Source: Reyranellales bacterium (lineage in GTDB: Bacteria; Pseudomonadota; Alphaproteobacteria; Reyranellales; Reyranellaceae). Taken from it: DNA of 64,000 bases. The notes under the pieces were generated by a model. The model was not told where the DNA came from, ran no database searches, and worked only from the letters and a program-made list of their open reading frames with translations. Of the stretch, positions 7,943 through 17,213 are shown one piece after another (position 1 is the first letter of the stretch; each line of letters begins with the position of its first letter). The DNA is taken from the NCBI GenBank assembly GCA_038224985.1, contig JBBRFD010000004.1:3689-67688 (forward strand), given 5' to 3'. Made by a program: the position numbers and the translations under genes.

Positions 7943-9145
7943 GTGGTCCAGACGGTTTACGACGTCACGTCGACGGGGCGGGCCGACATGCCCGCCATCG
8001 GCGCGCCCGGCCGCCCCTGGCTCGACTATGGCGGCCTGAAGACGCTCGTCGATTCAACGCTGGCGACGCTGAACGGCGTCGGCATCGGCCGCGAGGATCG
8101 CGTCGCCCTGGTGATCCCCAATGGGCCCGAGATGGCGGCCTTGTTCATCGCCGTTGCGTCGGGCTTCAGCGCGGTGCCGCTCGATCCCGAGTATCTTGCC
8201 GAGCGTTTCGAGTTCGCTCTCGACGATCTGAAACCCAAGGCCGTCATCGTGCAGAAGGGCGTCGAGAGTCCGGTACGCGCCGTGGCGCGCAAGGCCGGCG
8301 TGCCGCTGATCGAGTTGCTGCCGCAGGCCGACGGTCCGGCCGGCGCTTTCACGCTCGACGCGTCGGCTTTGGCGCCGCTCAAGGCCGCCAAGCCCGGCCC
8401 ATCGCGCGGACCGGATATCGCGCTGGTGCTGCATGCCTCGGGGACCGAGGCGCGACCCCGGGTCGTGCCGCTCTCGGCATCCAACCTCGGCGCCTCGGCA
8501 CGGCATATCGGCGCGGCACTGGCGCTCACGTCAAAGGATCGCTGCCTCAACATCATGCCGCTGTTTGGCGTTCATGGCCTGATCGCCGCCGTGCTGTCCT
8601 CCCTGGCTTCTGGCGCCTCGGTGAGCTGCACACCGGGCTTCGATGCGCTGCCCTTCTTCGCCTGGCTCGATGACGCAAGACCCACCTGGTACACGGCGGT
8701 TCCCGCCCTGCATCAGGCGATCCTGGCGCGGCTTGGCCGCAGCATCGATGTTGCCCGCGGCGCCAACCTGCGCCTGATCCGCTCTTCGGCCGCTCCGATG
8801 CTGCCGCAGATGACCCAGGGACTGGAAAACGCCTTCGGCTGCCCGGTGATCGAGACCTATGGCATGACCGAGGCCAGCCATCAGATAACCTCCAACGCCT
8901 TGCCGCCCGGCAAGCGCAAGCCGGGCACCGTCGGTGTGGCGGCGGGCCCCAAGGTCGCGATCATGGACGAGGCGGGCGCCCTCCTGCCGCAGGGCGAGAT
9001 CGGCGAAGTCGTGATTCAAGGACCGAACGTCACCCCGGGCTACGACAACGATGCCGACGCCAATACAGCCGTTTTCATCGAGGGCTGGTTCCGCACCGGC
9101 GACCAGGGCCGCCTCGACGAGGACGGCTACCTCTTCCTCGTCTAG
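7943..9145 (+). CDS. Oxalyl-CoA-synthetase-like (AAE3/PCS60-type) adenylation-domain protein, C-terminally truncated and motif-degenerate
   Basis: PNGPEMA, WYTAVP..HQAIL, YGMTEASHQ, GPNVTPGY, WFRTGDQG; stops at GYLFLV* with no C-terminal subdomain; P-loop reads HASGTEARPR. Confidence 0.75.
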   Translation: MVQTVYDVTSTGRADMPAIGAPGRPWLDYGGLKTLVDSTLATLNGVGIGREDRVALVIPNGPEMAALFIAVASGFSAVPLDPEYLAERFEFALDDLKPKAVIVQKGVESPVRAVARKAGVPLIELLPQADGPAGAFTLDASALAPLKAAKPGPSRGPDIALVLHASGTEARPRVVPLSASNLGASARHIGAALALTSKDRCLNIMPLFGVHGLIAAVLSSLASGASVSCTPGFDALPFFAWLDDARPTWYTAVPALHQAILARLGRSIDVARGANLRLIRSSAAPMLPQMTQGLENAFGCPVIETYGMTEASHQITSNALPPGKRKPGTVGVAAGPKVAIMDEAGALLPQGEIGEVVIQGPNVTPGYDNDADANTAVFIEGWFRTGDQGRLDEDGYLFLV

Positions 9146-9154
9146 AACAGTCCG

Positions 9155-10369
9155 ATGTCCGTTGCCGCATCTCAGTCGCACACACCCGTCGGGAGCCTGT
9201 GGGCAGCGCTGCTGGCGGCGACGCTGATGAACCTGCCGCTGGGCTCGGTCTACGCCTTCAGCGTGCTGCTGCGTCCGCTCGAGCAGGAGCTCGGCATATC
9301 CCGCTCGGCCTTGTCGCTCGTCTTCGGCGTGGCGACGGTGGGCTTTACCGTGGGCTCGGTCGGCGCGGCCTTCCTGTACCGCGCAGCACCCCTGCCGATC
9401 CTGGTCTTGGCGAGCGCGCTGCTGGCCGCGGGCGGCGTGGCAATCGCGGCGACGGCGACCGGGCTAATGGAACTGCTGCTGGGCTATGGCGTCGTGTTCG
9501 GTACGGGCGGCGGAGCGGCCTATATCCTGCTGCAGCAGGGCGTGAACATGCTGGTGCGCCGGCGCCGCGGGCTGGTGAACGGCTATATCGTGAGCCTCTA
9601 CCCGATGGGGGCGATGCTCGCGACGCCCGCCTTCCATGCCTGCAACGAGGCCTTCGGCTGGCGCACCACGCTGGGCGGACTCGCGGCGGTGTTGCTGGCC
9701 TGCGGAACCACAGCGGCGCTGCTCGCCTGGCACAGCGGCGCGAAGCTGGTCGCGCCCGCAAGCGCGGCGAAGGAGCGACCGGCGGTGCTCGGCGTGACCT
9801 TCTTCAAACTCTCGGGCACGTTCTTCTTCGCCGCCTCGGCGGGATTGATGGTGCTGAGCCAGGCGCGCGAGATCGTGGCTACCTATGGCGGCGCCACGGC
9901 GCTGGCGGTGGCGGCCACGACGATTCTCACAGGCGCGATCGCGGGCGCGCGCATCGGCGGCGGCTGGCTGGTCGATCGGTTCGCCGTGCCGCATGTGATG
10001 TGCGCGGCGCATGGACTGGCACTGAGTGGCGTTGCGCTCCTGACACTCTTTCCCGCGCCCGTCACGGCGGTGCTGGGGCTCGGCATGATCGGCGTGGGCT
10101 ATGGCTTCGTCTCCGGCGCCACCGCCGGCGGGATCGGCCTCTACTGGCCGCCGACCGACTACGGCCGCATCGCCGGGCGCACCTACATTGCCTGGTGCCT
10201 GGCAGCCATCAGCCTGCCGGTGCTGGCCGGTTACCTGTTCGATATCACGCGCAGCTATTCGACGGCGGTGCTGATCGCGGGCGCGGCCAACCTGCTCGGC
10301 CTGGCCCTCGCGCTGACGATGCCGAAGCGAGGGCTGCTCCAGCTGCCCCCGCTGGATAAATCCGCCTAG
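9155..10369 (+). CDS. MFS transporter, oxalate/formate antiporter (OFA)-family-like
   Basis: About 12 hydrophobic segments; [54 protein letters not shown]. Confidence 0.8.
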   Translation: MSVAASQSHTPVGSLWAALLAATLMNLPLGSVYAFSVLLRPLEQELGISRSALSLVFGVATVGFTVGSVGAAFLYRAAPLPILVLASALLAAGGVAIAATATGLMELLLGYGVVFGTGGGAAYILLQQGVNMLVRRRRGLVNGYIVSLYPMGAMLATPAFHACNEAFGWRTTLGGLAAVLLACGTTAALLAWHSGAKLVAPASAAKERPAVLGVTFFKLSGTFFFAASAGLMVLSQAREIVATYGGATALAVAATTILTGAIAGARIGGGWLVDRFAVPHVMCAAHGLALSGVALLTLFPAPVTAVLGLGMIGVGYGFVSGATAGGIGLYWPPTDYGRIAGRTYIAWCLAAISLPVLAGYLFDITRSYSTAVLIAGAANLLGLALALTMPKRGLLQLPPLDKSA

Positions 10370-12063
10370 AACAGCCCGACGATCTTGCCCGAAGCGTCGA
10401 CGTCGATGCTGTTGGCGGCCGGCACCTTGGGCAGGCCGGGCATGGTCATGATGTCGCCGCAGACCGCGACCACGAACTCGGCGCCCGCCGACAGCCGGAC
10501 CTCGCGCACCGTCACGATGTGATCGACCGGTGCGCCCTTGGCATCGGGATTGGTCGAGAAGCTGTACTGCGTCTTGGCGATGCAGACCGGCACCTTGCCG
10601 AAGCCCATGGCTTCGAAAGATGCGAGCTGGTCGCGCACCGACTTGTCGGCGGCGATATCCTTGGCGCGGTAGATTTCCCTGGCGATGGTGCGGATCTTCT
10701 CCAGCAGCGGCATCTCGTCGGGATAGAGCAGCTTCATCTTGCTCTTGCCGCTCTCGATCACCTTCACCACGGCGTGCGCCACGTCGGCGGCGCCCTTGCC
10801 GCCTTCGGCCCAATGATCGGCCATCACCGCCTCGACGCCCAGCTTGGCGCAGGCCGACTTGACCAGGGCGATCTCGGCATCGGTGTCGGCGCTGAAGCGG
10901 TTGATCGAGATCACCGGCACCAGGCCGAACTTCTGCACGTTCTCGACATGGCGCTGCAGGTTCGACATGCCGGCTTCCAGCGCGGCCAGGTTCTCGGTCT
11001 TGAGGTCTTCCTTCTTGACCCCGCCATGCATCTTGAGCGCGCGGATCGTCGCCACCAGCACCACCGCGTCCGGCATCAAGCCGGTCTTGCGGCACTTGAT
11101 ATTGATGAATTTCTCGCCGCCCAGATCGGCGCCGAATCCCGCCTCGGTGACCACGTAGTCGGCGAGCTTCAGCGCCGTGGTCGTGGCCAGGACCGAGTTG
11201 CAGCCATGGGCGATATTGGCGAAGGGGCCGCCATGGATGAAGGCCGGTGTGCCCTCCAGGGTCTGCACCAGGTTAGGCGACAGCGCGTCCTTCAGCAGCA
11301 CGGTCATCGGGCCATGCGCCTTGAGGTCGGCCGCGCGAACCGGCTTACGGTCGCGGGTATAAGCGACGATAATATTGCCGAGGCGGCTCTTGAGGTCTTC
11401 GAGGTCTTTGGCGAGGCAGAAGATCGCCATAACCTCGGAGGCGACGGTGATGTCGAAGCCGTCCTCGCGGGCGAAGCCGTTGGCGACGCCGCCCAGCGAC
11501 GAAACGATCTGGCGCAGGCTGCGGTCGTTCATGTCGATGGCGCGGCGCCAGGCGACGCGGCGGCTGTCGATGCCGAGCGTGTTACCCCAATAGATGTGAT
11601 TGTCGATCAGCGCCGACAGCAGGTTATGGGCAGCACCAATGGCGTGGAAATCGCCGGTGAAGTGGAGATTGATATCCTCCATCGGAATGACCTGGGCGTA
11701 ACCGCCGCCGGCAGCGCCGCCCTTCATCCCGAAGCTGGGGCCGAGCGAGGGTTCGCGCAGGCACAGCATCGCCTTCTTGCCGATATGGTTCAGCGCGTCG
11801 GTCAGGCCGACGGTGGTCGTGGTCTTGCCTTCGCCGGCCGGTGTCGGTGAAATCGCAGAGACCAGGATCAGCTTGCCGTTGGGCCGGGCCTGCAGCGACT
11901 TGATGTAGTCCATCGAGACCTTGGCTTTGTAGTGGCCATAGGGATCGAGATTCTCCGCCGCGATCCCCAGCTTCTCGCTCGCCAGCGCCATGATCGGGCG
12001 CTTCTTGGCCTCCTGGGCGATCTGGATATCTGTTTTCGGATTGCTGTGCTGAGTGCCGGCCAT
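10366..12063 (-). CDS. fhs: Formate--tetrahydrofolate ligase
   Basis: [69 protein letters not shown]. Confidence 0.97.
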   Translation of the reverse strand: MAGTQHSNPKTDIQIAQEAKKRPIMALASEKLGIAAENLDPYGHYKAKVSMDYIKSLQARPNGKLILVSAISPTPAGEGKTTTTVGLTDALNHIGKKAMLCLREPSLGPSFGMKGGAAGGGYAQVIPMEDINLHFTGDFHAIGAAHNLLSALIDNHIYWGNTLGIDSRRVAWRRAIDMNDRSLRQIVSSLGGVANGFAREDGFDITVASEVMAIFCLAKDLEDLKSRLGNIIVAYTRDRKPVRAADLKAHGPMTVLLKDALSPNLVQTLEGTPAFIHGGPFANIAHGCNSVLATTTALKLADYVVTEAGFGADLGGEKFINIKCRKTGLMPDAVVLVATIRALKMHGGVKKEDLKTENLAALEAGMSNLQRHVENVQKFGLVPVISINRFSADTDAEIALVKSACAKLGVEAVMADHWAEGGKGAADVAHAVVKVIESGKSKMKLLYPDEMPLLEKIRTIAREIYRAKDIAADKSVRDQLASFEAMGFGKVPVCIAKTQYSFSTNPDAKGAPVDHIVTVREVRLSAGAEFVVAVCGDIMTMPGLPKVPAANSIDVDASGKIVGLF

Positions 12064-12090
12064 CGAACTGTTCCTTTTCTCTACGGTACG

Positions 12091-12199
12091 ACCTCACCCT
12101 GAGGAGCCGTGCGAAGCGCGGCGTCTCGAAGGGTGGGCGACAGTCTTGCTTTTGCCCACCCTTCGAGACGCGTCCTGCGGACGCTCCTCAGGGTGAGGT
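12091..12199. repeat. Nested palindromic intergenic element (alphaproteobacterial REP/RIME-like)
   Basis: Perfect 17-bp outer IR ACCTCACCCTGAGGAGC (12091-12107 / 12183-12199) and 18-bp inner IR GCGTCTCGAAGGGTGGGC (12121-12138 / 12154-12171). Confidence 0.85.
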
Positions 12200-12218
12200 T
12201 GTCTACGTCTTCCGTGCT

Positions 12219-13148
12219 TCAGGCGAATCGCATGCCCGTCGCCAGCTTGGCTGTGGTGGCGAAGTCTCCGGCGCCGACCTTCGGACCGTCGGCAGGCTTC
12301 ACCCGGAGCACTTTGATTCGCCCATCGGCGCAGACGACGGTGAAGCCGTCGGCGGCGATCTCGACAATCTCGCCGTACTTGCCGGCAATGCCCTTGGGAT
12401 CGCGGGCCGGTAGTGGCTGGACGTCGAAAATCTGTAGTTGCTTGCCGTCGAGCATCGTCCAGGCGCCGGGCGCCGGATTGCAGCCGCGGATCAGCGGATC
12501 GATCTGGCGCCACGATTTGCCCCAGTCGATGCGGGCGATGTCGGCGGTGGCGCGGCCTTCGTAGGTCGCCAATGCCTCGTCCTGTTTGATGCGTGGCGCC
12601 TTGCCCGCTTTCACCAGGTCGACCGATTCCAGCATGGCGTCGACGCCCATCGGGAAGAGTCGCTTGAAGTAAACCTCGCCCATCGTGTCGGTGGTGCTGA
12701 GGGACGTCTTTTTCGTCAGCAGCACGTCGCCGGTATCGAGACCGTTGTCGGGCCAGAAGATCGAGAGGCCGGTTTCTTTCTCGCCCAAGATGATCGGCCA
12801 ATTGATGGCCGACGCACCGCGATAGGCCGGCAACAGGGACGGGTGATACTGGATCGAGCCGTGCGTCGGGATGTTCAGGAATTCTTCCGGCACGAACAGG
12901 GTGACGAAGGCCATGACCTGCAAGTCGGGCTTCAGCGCCTTGAACTCTTCCCAAACCTCGGGCTTGCGATAGGAGGCGGGCTGGAAGACCGGTAGCTTTG
13001 CCGCCAGCGCCGCTTCTCTCAGCGGATCGGGTTTCTGGCCGGGCTTCTCCGGCGCGACATAGACGCCGACCACGTCGTCACCGCGCTTGAGCAGCGCTTC
13101 CAGCACGGCCTTGCCGAAGGCCTGCTGTCCATGGACCACGATGCGCAT
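12219..13148 (-). CDS. Formyltransferase-fold protein resembling the N-terminal formyl-transfer/hydrolase domain of 10-formyl-THF dehydrogenase (ALDH1L1); likely to be auto-annotated as Fmt
   Basis: HGQQAFG, HGSIQYHPSLLPAYRGASAINW, SIFWPDNGLDTG, LFPMGV, KAPRIKQDE..ATYEG, IRGCNPAPGAWT. Confidence 0.85.
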   Translation of the reverse strand: MRIVVHGQQAFGKAVLEALLKRGDDVVGVYVAPEKPGQKPDPLREAALAAKLPVFQPASYRKPEVWEEFKALKPDLQVMAFVTLFVPEEFLNIPTHGSIQYHPSLLPAYRGASAINWPIILGEKETGLSIFWPDNGLDTGDVLLTKKTSLSTTDTMGEVYFKRLFPMGVDAMLESVDLVKAGKAPRIKQDEALATYEGRATADIARIDWGKSWRQIDPLIRGCNPAPGAWTMLDGKQLQIFDVQPLPARDPKGIAGKYGEIVEIAADGFTVVCADGRIKVLRVKPADGPKVGAGDFATTAKLATGMRFA

Positions 13149-13154
13149 GGGTGA

Positions 13155-14609
13155 TTACTCCGCGGCTTGGACTTTGGGGGGGTGGCCCGTCGCGCCCGAT
13201 GCCTTGATCTCGGCGATTTCGCGCGGCGTGAACTTCAGGACCTTGGACAGGATCTCGTCGGTGTGCTCGCCCAAGAGTGGCGAGCGCTCGACCTCGGTGA
13301 TGCTGTCGGAGAGCTTGATCGGGTTGCCGACCGACAGGTACTTGCCGCGGGTCGGGTGATCGACCTCGACCACCGTGCCGGTGGCGCGCAGCGACGGATC
13401 CTCGGCGATTTCCTTCATCGACAGGATGGGGCCGACCGGGATGTCGAGCGCGTTGCAATCGTTCATGACGTCGAACTTGGTCTTGGTCATGGTCCACTGC
13501 TCGATCGCACCGAAGATCTCGGTGAGACGCGGCAGGCGCGCCGGCGGCTTGGCGTAGTCCGGATGGGTCTTCCAGTCGGGCTTGCCGATCAGGTCGCAGA
13601 TCTTCTCCCACACCGGCGCCTGGGTGATGAAATAGATGTAGGCGTTGGGATCGCTCTCCCAGCCCTTGCACTTCAGGATGACGCCGGGCTGGCCGCCGCC
13701 CGAATCGTTGCCGGCGCGCGGCGTCGCTTCGCCGAAGGCAATGCCCTGGCCGAACTGGGTGTATTCCTTCAGCGGGCCATGGGCGAGGCGCTGCTGGTCG
13801 CGCAGCTTGACGCGGCAGAGGTTGAGCACGCCGTCCTGCATGGCGCAGAGCACCTTCTGGCCACGGCCGGTGCGGTTGCGCTGGTAGAGCGCGCTGACGA
13901 TGCCGAGCGCCAGATGCAGCCCGGTGCCCGAGTCACCGATCTGCGCGCCCGTCACCAGCGGTGGGCCATCGAGGAAGCCGGTGGTCGATGCCGAGCCGCC
14001 GGCGCATTGCGCCACGTTCTCATAGACCTTGCAGTCCTCGTAGGCGCCGGGGCCGAAGCCCTTCACCGAGGCAGCGATCATGCGCGGATTCCAGCTGTGG
14101 ATGCGCTCCCAGGTCAGCCCTAGGCGATCGAGCGCGCCCGGCGCGAAGTTCTCGACCAGCACGTCGCAGCTCTTCACCAGCCGCTCGAGCACGGTCATGC
14201 CCTGCTTGCTCTTGGAGTCGAGCGTGATCGAGCGCTTGTTGTGGTTGAGCATGGTGAAATAGAGGCTGTCGGCGCCCGGCACGTCCTGCAGCTGGCCGCG
14301 CGTGATGTCGCCGACACCGGGGCGTTCGACCTTGATCACGTCGGCGCCAAACCAGGCCAGCAACTGCGTGCAGGTCGGGCCCGACTGGACATGGGTGAAG
14401 TCGAGGATCTTGACGCCATCGAGCGCCTTGCCGTCCATACCCCAGGGCTTCTTGGACATCTTGGGCGCCGCCGCCTTCTTCGTCAGGACCTTCAGCTTGG
14501 TCTGCTTGGCAGCCGCCTTCGCCTTCTTGCCCTTTTTGTCCTTCTTGCCGAGCTTCTTGTTGTCCTTGAGGGCTTTCGCCTTCACTTCCTTCTTCTTTTT
14601 CTTGGCCAT
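13155..14609 (-). CDS. frc: Formyl-CoA:oxalate CoA-transferase with Lys-rich N-terminal extension
   Basis: [45 protein letters not shown] (catalytic Asp), [12 protein letters not shown]; AGGAG upstream of ATG 14609. Confidence 0.95.
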   Translation of the reverse strand: MAKKKKKEVKAKALKDNKKLGKKDKKGKKAKAAAKQTKLKVLTKKAAAPKMSKKPWGMDGKALDGVKILDFTHVQSGPTCTQLLAWFGADVIKVERPGVGDITRGQLQDVPGADSLYFTMLNHNKRSITLDSKSKQGMTVLERLVKSCDVLVENFAPGALDRLGLTWERIHSWNPRMIAASVKGFGPGAYEDCKVYENVAQCAGGSASTTGFLDGPPLVTGAQIGDSGTGLHLALGIVSALYQRNRTGRGQKVLCAMQDGVLNLCRVKLRDQQRLAHGPLKEYTQFGQGIAFGEATPRAGNDSGGGQPGVILKCKGWESDPNAYIYFITQAPVWEKICDLIGKPDWKTHPDYAKPPARLPRLTEIFGAIEQWTMTKTKFDVMNDCNALDIPVGPILSMKEIAEDPSLRATGTVVEVDHPTRGKYLSVGNPIKLSDSITEVERSPLLGEHTDEILSKVLKFTPREIAEIKASGATGHPPKVQAAE

Positions 14610-14618
14610 AACGATCTC

Positions 14619-16361
14619 CTATTTCTTCTTGAGCTGGCTTTGCGGATTGAGATTGCCGATGCGGCCGCTTTCGCTGCCGGCAGCCGGATCGATCACCGCG
14701 TTAATGAGAGTGGGTTTGCCGGAATCCATGGCCGCGTTAACGGCGCGCTTGAGATCATCCGGGGTCGTGGCGTTGACGCCGACGCCGCCGAAAGCCTCCA
14801 TCATCCTGTCGTAACGCGCGCCCTTGACGAACACGGTCGGGGCGGGATCGCTGCCGACCTTGTTGACGTCGGTGCCGCGATAGATGCCGTCATTGTTGAA
14901 GACGACGATGCAGATCGGGAGGTTGTACCGGCAGATCGTCTCGACCTCCATGCCGGAGAAGCCGAAGGCCGAGTCGCCCTCGATCGCCAGCACCGGCTTG
15001 CCGGTCTCGACGGCCGCGGCGATGCATTGGCCCATGCCGATGCCCATGACGCCCCAAGTGCCGACATCGAGCCGCTTGCGCGGCTTGTACATGTCGATGA
15101 CGCCGCGCGTCAGGTCGAGCGTATTGGCGCCTTCGTTGACGAGGATCGCATCCGGCCGCTCCTTGATGATGGTGCGCAGCACGCCCAGCGCGCCGTGATA
15201 GTCCATCGGGTTGTTGTTGTTCATCAGGCGCGGCGCCATCTTGGCGACGTTCTCCTCGCGCTTGGACGAAACGACACCCATCCATTCCGCCGGGCCCTTG
15301 GTCCAGCTGCTGCCACCGCCGCTATTCATGCCGTCGAGCAGGGCAGCGACGCAGGAGCCGATATCGCCGACCACCGGCGCCACGATCTCGACGTTGCTGT
15401 CCATCTCCTTGGGCTCGATGTCGACCTGGATGAATTTCTTCGGCGCCTCGCCCCAGGTCTTGCCCTTGCCGTGCGACAGCAGCCAGTTGAGCCGCGCGCC
15501 GATCAGCATGACGACGTCGGCATCCTTCAGCACCGTCGAGCGCGCAGCACCGGCGCATTGCGGATGGGTGTCGGGCAGCAGGCCCTTGGCCATGCTCATG
15601 GGCAGGAACGGCACGCCGCTCTTCTCGACGAAGGCCTTGATCGCCTCGTCGGCCTGCGCGTAGGCAGCGCCCTTGCCGAGAATGATCAGTGGCCGCTTCG
15701 CGCCCTTCAGCACTTCGAGCGCGCGCTTGATCGCCGACGGCGCAGGGATCTGGGCGGGGGCCGCGTCGATCACCTTGACGAGCGACTTCTGTCCGGCCGC
15801 TGCGTTCATCACCTGCCCGAACAGCTTGGCCGGCAGATCGAGATAGACGCCGCCCGGACGGCCCGAGACGGCGGCGCGGATGGCGCGCGCCACGCCGATG
15901 CCGATGTCGGCGGCGTGCAGGACGCGGAAGGCCGCCTTGCACATCGTCTTGGCGATGGCGAGCTGGTCCATTTCCTCGTAGTCGCCCTGCTGCAGGTCGA
16001 CGACCTCGCGCTCCGACGAGCCCGAGATCAGAATCATCGGGAAGCAGTTGGTCGTGGCATGGGCGAGCGCGGTCAGGCCGTTGAGGAAGCCGGGCGCTGA
16101 CACGGTGAGGCAGATGCCCGGCTTCTTGGTCAGGAAGCCGGCGATGGCCGCGGCGTAGCCCGCGTTCTGTTCATGGCGGAACGAGAGCACGCGGATGCCC
16201 TCGGCCTGCGCCATGCGGCCGAAGTCGGTGATCGGAATGCCGGGCACGCCGTAGATCGTGGTGAGGCCGTTCAGCTTCAGCGCATCGATGATGAGGTGAA
16301 AGCCGTCGGTCAGGTCTTGCGCGTCATCCGCCGCGGGCGTCTTGAGTGCTGCTTCGGCCAT
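14619..16361 (-). CDS. oxc: Oxalyl-CoA decarboxylase (ThDP-dependent)
   Basis: [67 protein letters not shown]. Confidence 0.96.
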   Translation of the reverse strand: MAEAALKTPAADDAQDLTDGFHLIIDALKLNGLTTIYGVPGIPITDFGRMAQAEGIRVLSFRHEQNAGYAAAIAGFLTKKPGICLTVSAPGFLNGLTALAHATTNCFPMILISGSSEREVVDLQQGDYEEMDQLAIAKTMCKAAFRVLHAADIGIGVARAIRAAVSGRPGGVYLDLPAKLFGQVMNAAAGQKSLVKVIDAAPAQIPAPSAIKRALEVLKGAKRPLIILGKGAAYAQADEAIKAFVEKSGVPFLPMSMAKGLLPDTHPQCAGAARSTVLKDADVVMLIGARLNWLLSHGKGKTWGEAPKKFIQVDIEPKEMDSNVEIVAPVVGDIGSCVAALLDGMNSGGGSSWTKGPAEWMGVVSSKREENVAKMAPRLMNNNNPMDYHGALGVLRTIIKERPDAILVNEGANTLDLTRGVIDMYKPRKRLDVGTWGVMGIGMGQCIAAAVETGKPVLAIEGDSAFGFSGMEVETICRYNLPICIVVFNNDGIYRGTDVNKVGSDPAPTVFVKGARYDRMMEAFGGVGVNATTPDDLKRAVNAAMDSGKPTLINAVIDPAAGSESGRIGNLNPQSQLKKK

Positions 16362-16374
16362 GGTTCTCTCCCGG

Positions 16375-17064
16375 TCAGTCCAGATAATCGACGTGCTTGG
16401 CGACATGCTCGGCCAGGCCGAGTGCATGCTGGCGCACCAGGTCCTCGGCGCGCTCGGTGTCGCGCGCTTCGAGGGCCTGGATGATGTTCATGTGGTCGTG
16501 GATCGAGCGGTCGACGCGGTCGTCCTCGCCGATCGTCTTGCCGCGGATCATCCGCATATGCGTGAACAGGTTTTCCGCCAGCTGGATGAGCACGCGGTTG
16601 CCACTCAACTCGATGATGGTCTGATGGAAGGCGATGTTGACCTCGGAATACTCGTCGAGCTTGGCGTGCAGCCGGTCACCCTCGAAGGTGGCGAACATGC
16701 GCCGCAGGCCTGCGATGTCGGCGTCGCTGGCGGTCTGCGTGATCAGCCGCGCCGCCATGCTCTCGAGGGCGGCCCAGGCAGTGATCATTTCGATCACCTC
16801 GTTCTTGGTCTTGCGCACCACATAGATGCCGCGCCGTGGCACCGAGCGGACGAAGCCCTCGCGCTCGAGCTGCACCATGGCCTCGCGCACCGGCGTGCGC
16901 GAGATGCCGAAATCCTGCGCGAGTTGGCGCTCGTCGAGCCGGATATCGCTGCGGGAGCGGTAGATGTCGGAAGACACGATCATGTTCCGCAGCGCCGCGT
17001 AGGCCTTGTCCTTGAAGGTTTCACGGCCGTCGATCGGGGCGACCACCGCTCGCGCTTCGCTCAT
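16375..17064 (-). CDS. GntR (FCD) transcriptional regulator of the oxalate operon
   Basis: w[24 protein letters not shown] plus FCD domain; ATG 17064 after GGAGG. Confidence 0.9.
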   Translation of the reverse strand: MSEARAVVAPIDGRETFKDKAYAALRNMIVSSDIYRSRSDIRLDERQLAQDFGISRTPVREAMVQLEREGFVRSVPRRGIYVVRKTKNEVIEMITAWAALESMAARLITQTASDADIAGLRRMFATFEGDRLHAKLDEYSEVNIAFHQTIIELSGNRVLIQLAENLFTHMRMIRGKTIGEDDRVDRSIHDHMNIIQALEARDTERAEDLVRQHALGLAEHVAKHVDYLD

Positions 17065-17144
17065 GGAATTGATCGACCTCCCCCTGGGTATTCCGGTCGG
17101 GCGGTTCATCGAGGATTGCCTCGGCGCCGCCCGCTCCTGAAATA

Positions 17145-17180
17145 CATTATTCATAATGCCACCAAATCGAGGGGCGTCAA
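17145..17180 (-). promoter_or_regulatory. Putative sigma70 promoter of gntR-oxc-frc with overlapping palindromic operator
   Basis: Minus strand TTGACG (17180-17175), 16-nt spacer, TGG-CATTAT extended -10; perfect IR CATTAT-N2-ATAATG at 17145-17158. Confidence 0.55.
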
Positions 17181-17213
17181 TCGGCGGCGCGCCGTCGGGT
17201 GTGGGCGTTCCTG

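Noticed and set aside
12219-13148. Annotation as housekeeping methionyl-tRNA formyltransferase (fmt)
   Set aside because: Lacks Fmt-specific motifs, has no def neighbour, and better matches the ALDH1L1-type domain.
14241-16100. 619 aa plus-strand ORF
   Set aside because: Antisense to oxc/frc; typical stop-poor reverse frame in high-GC DNA.
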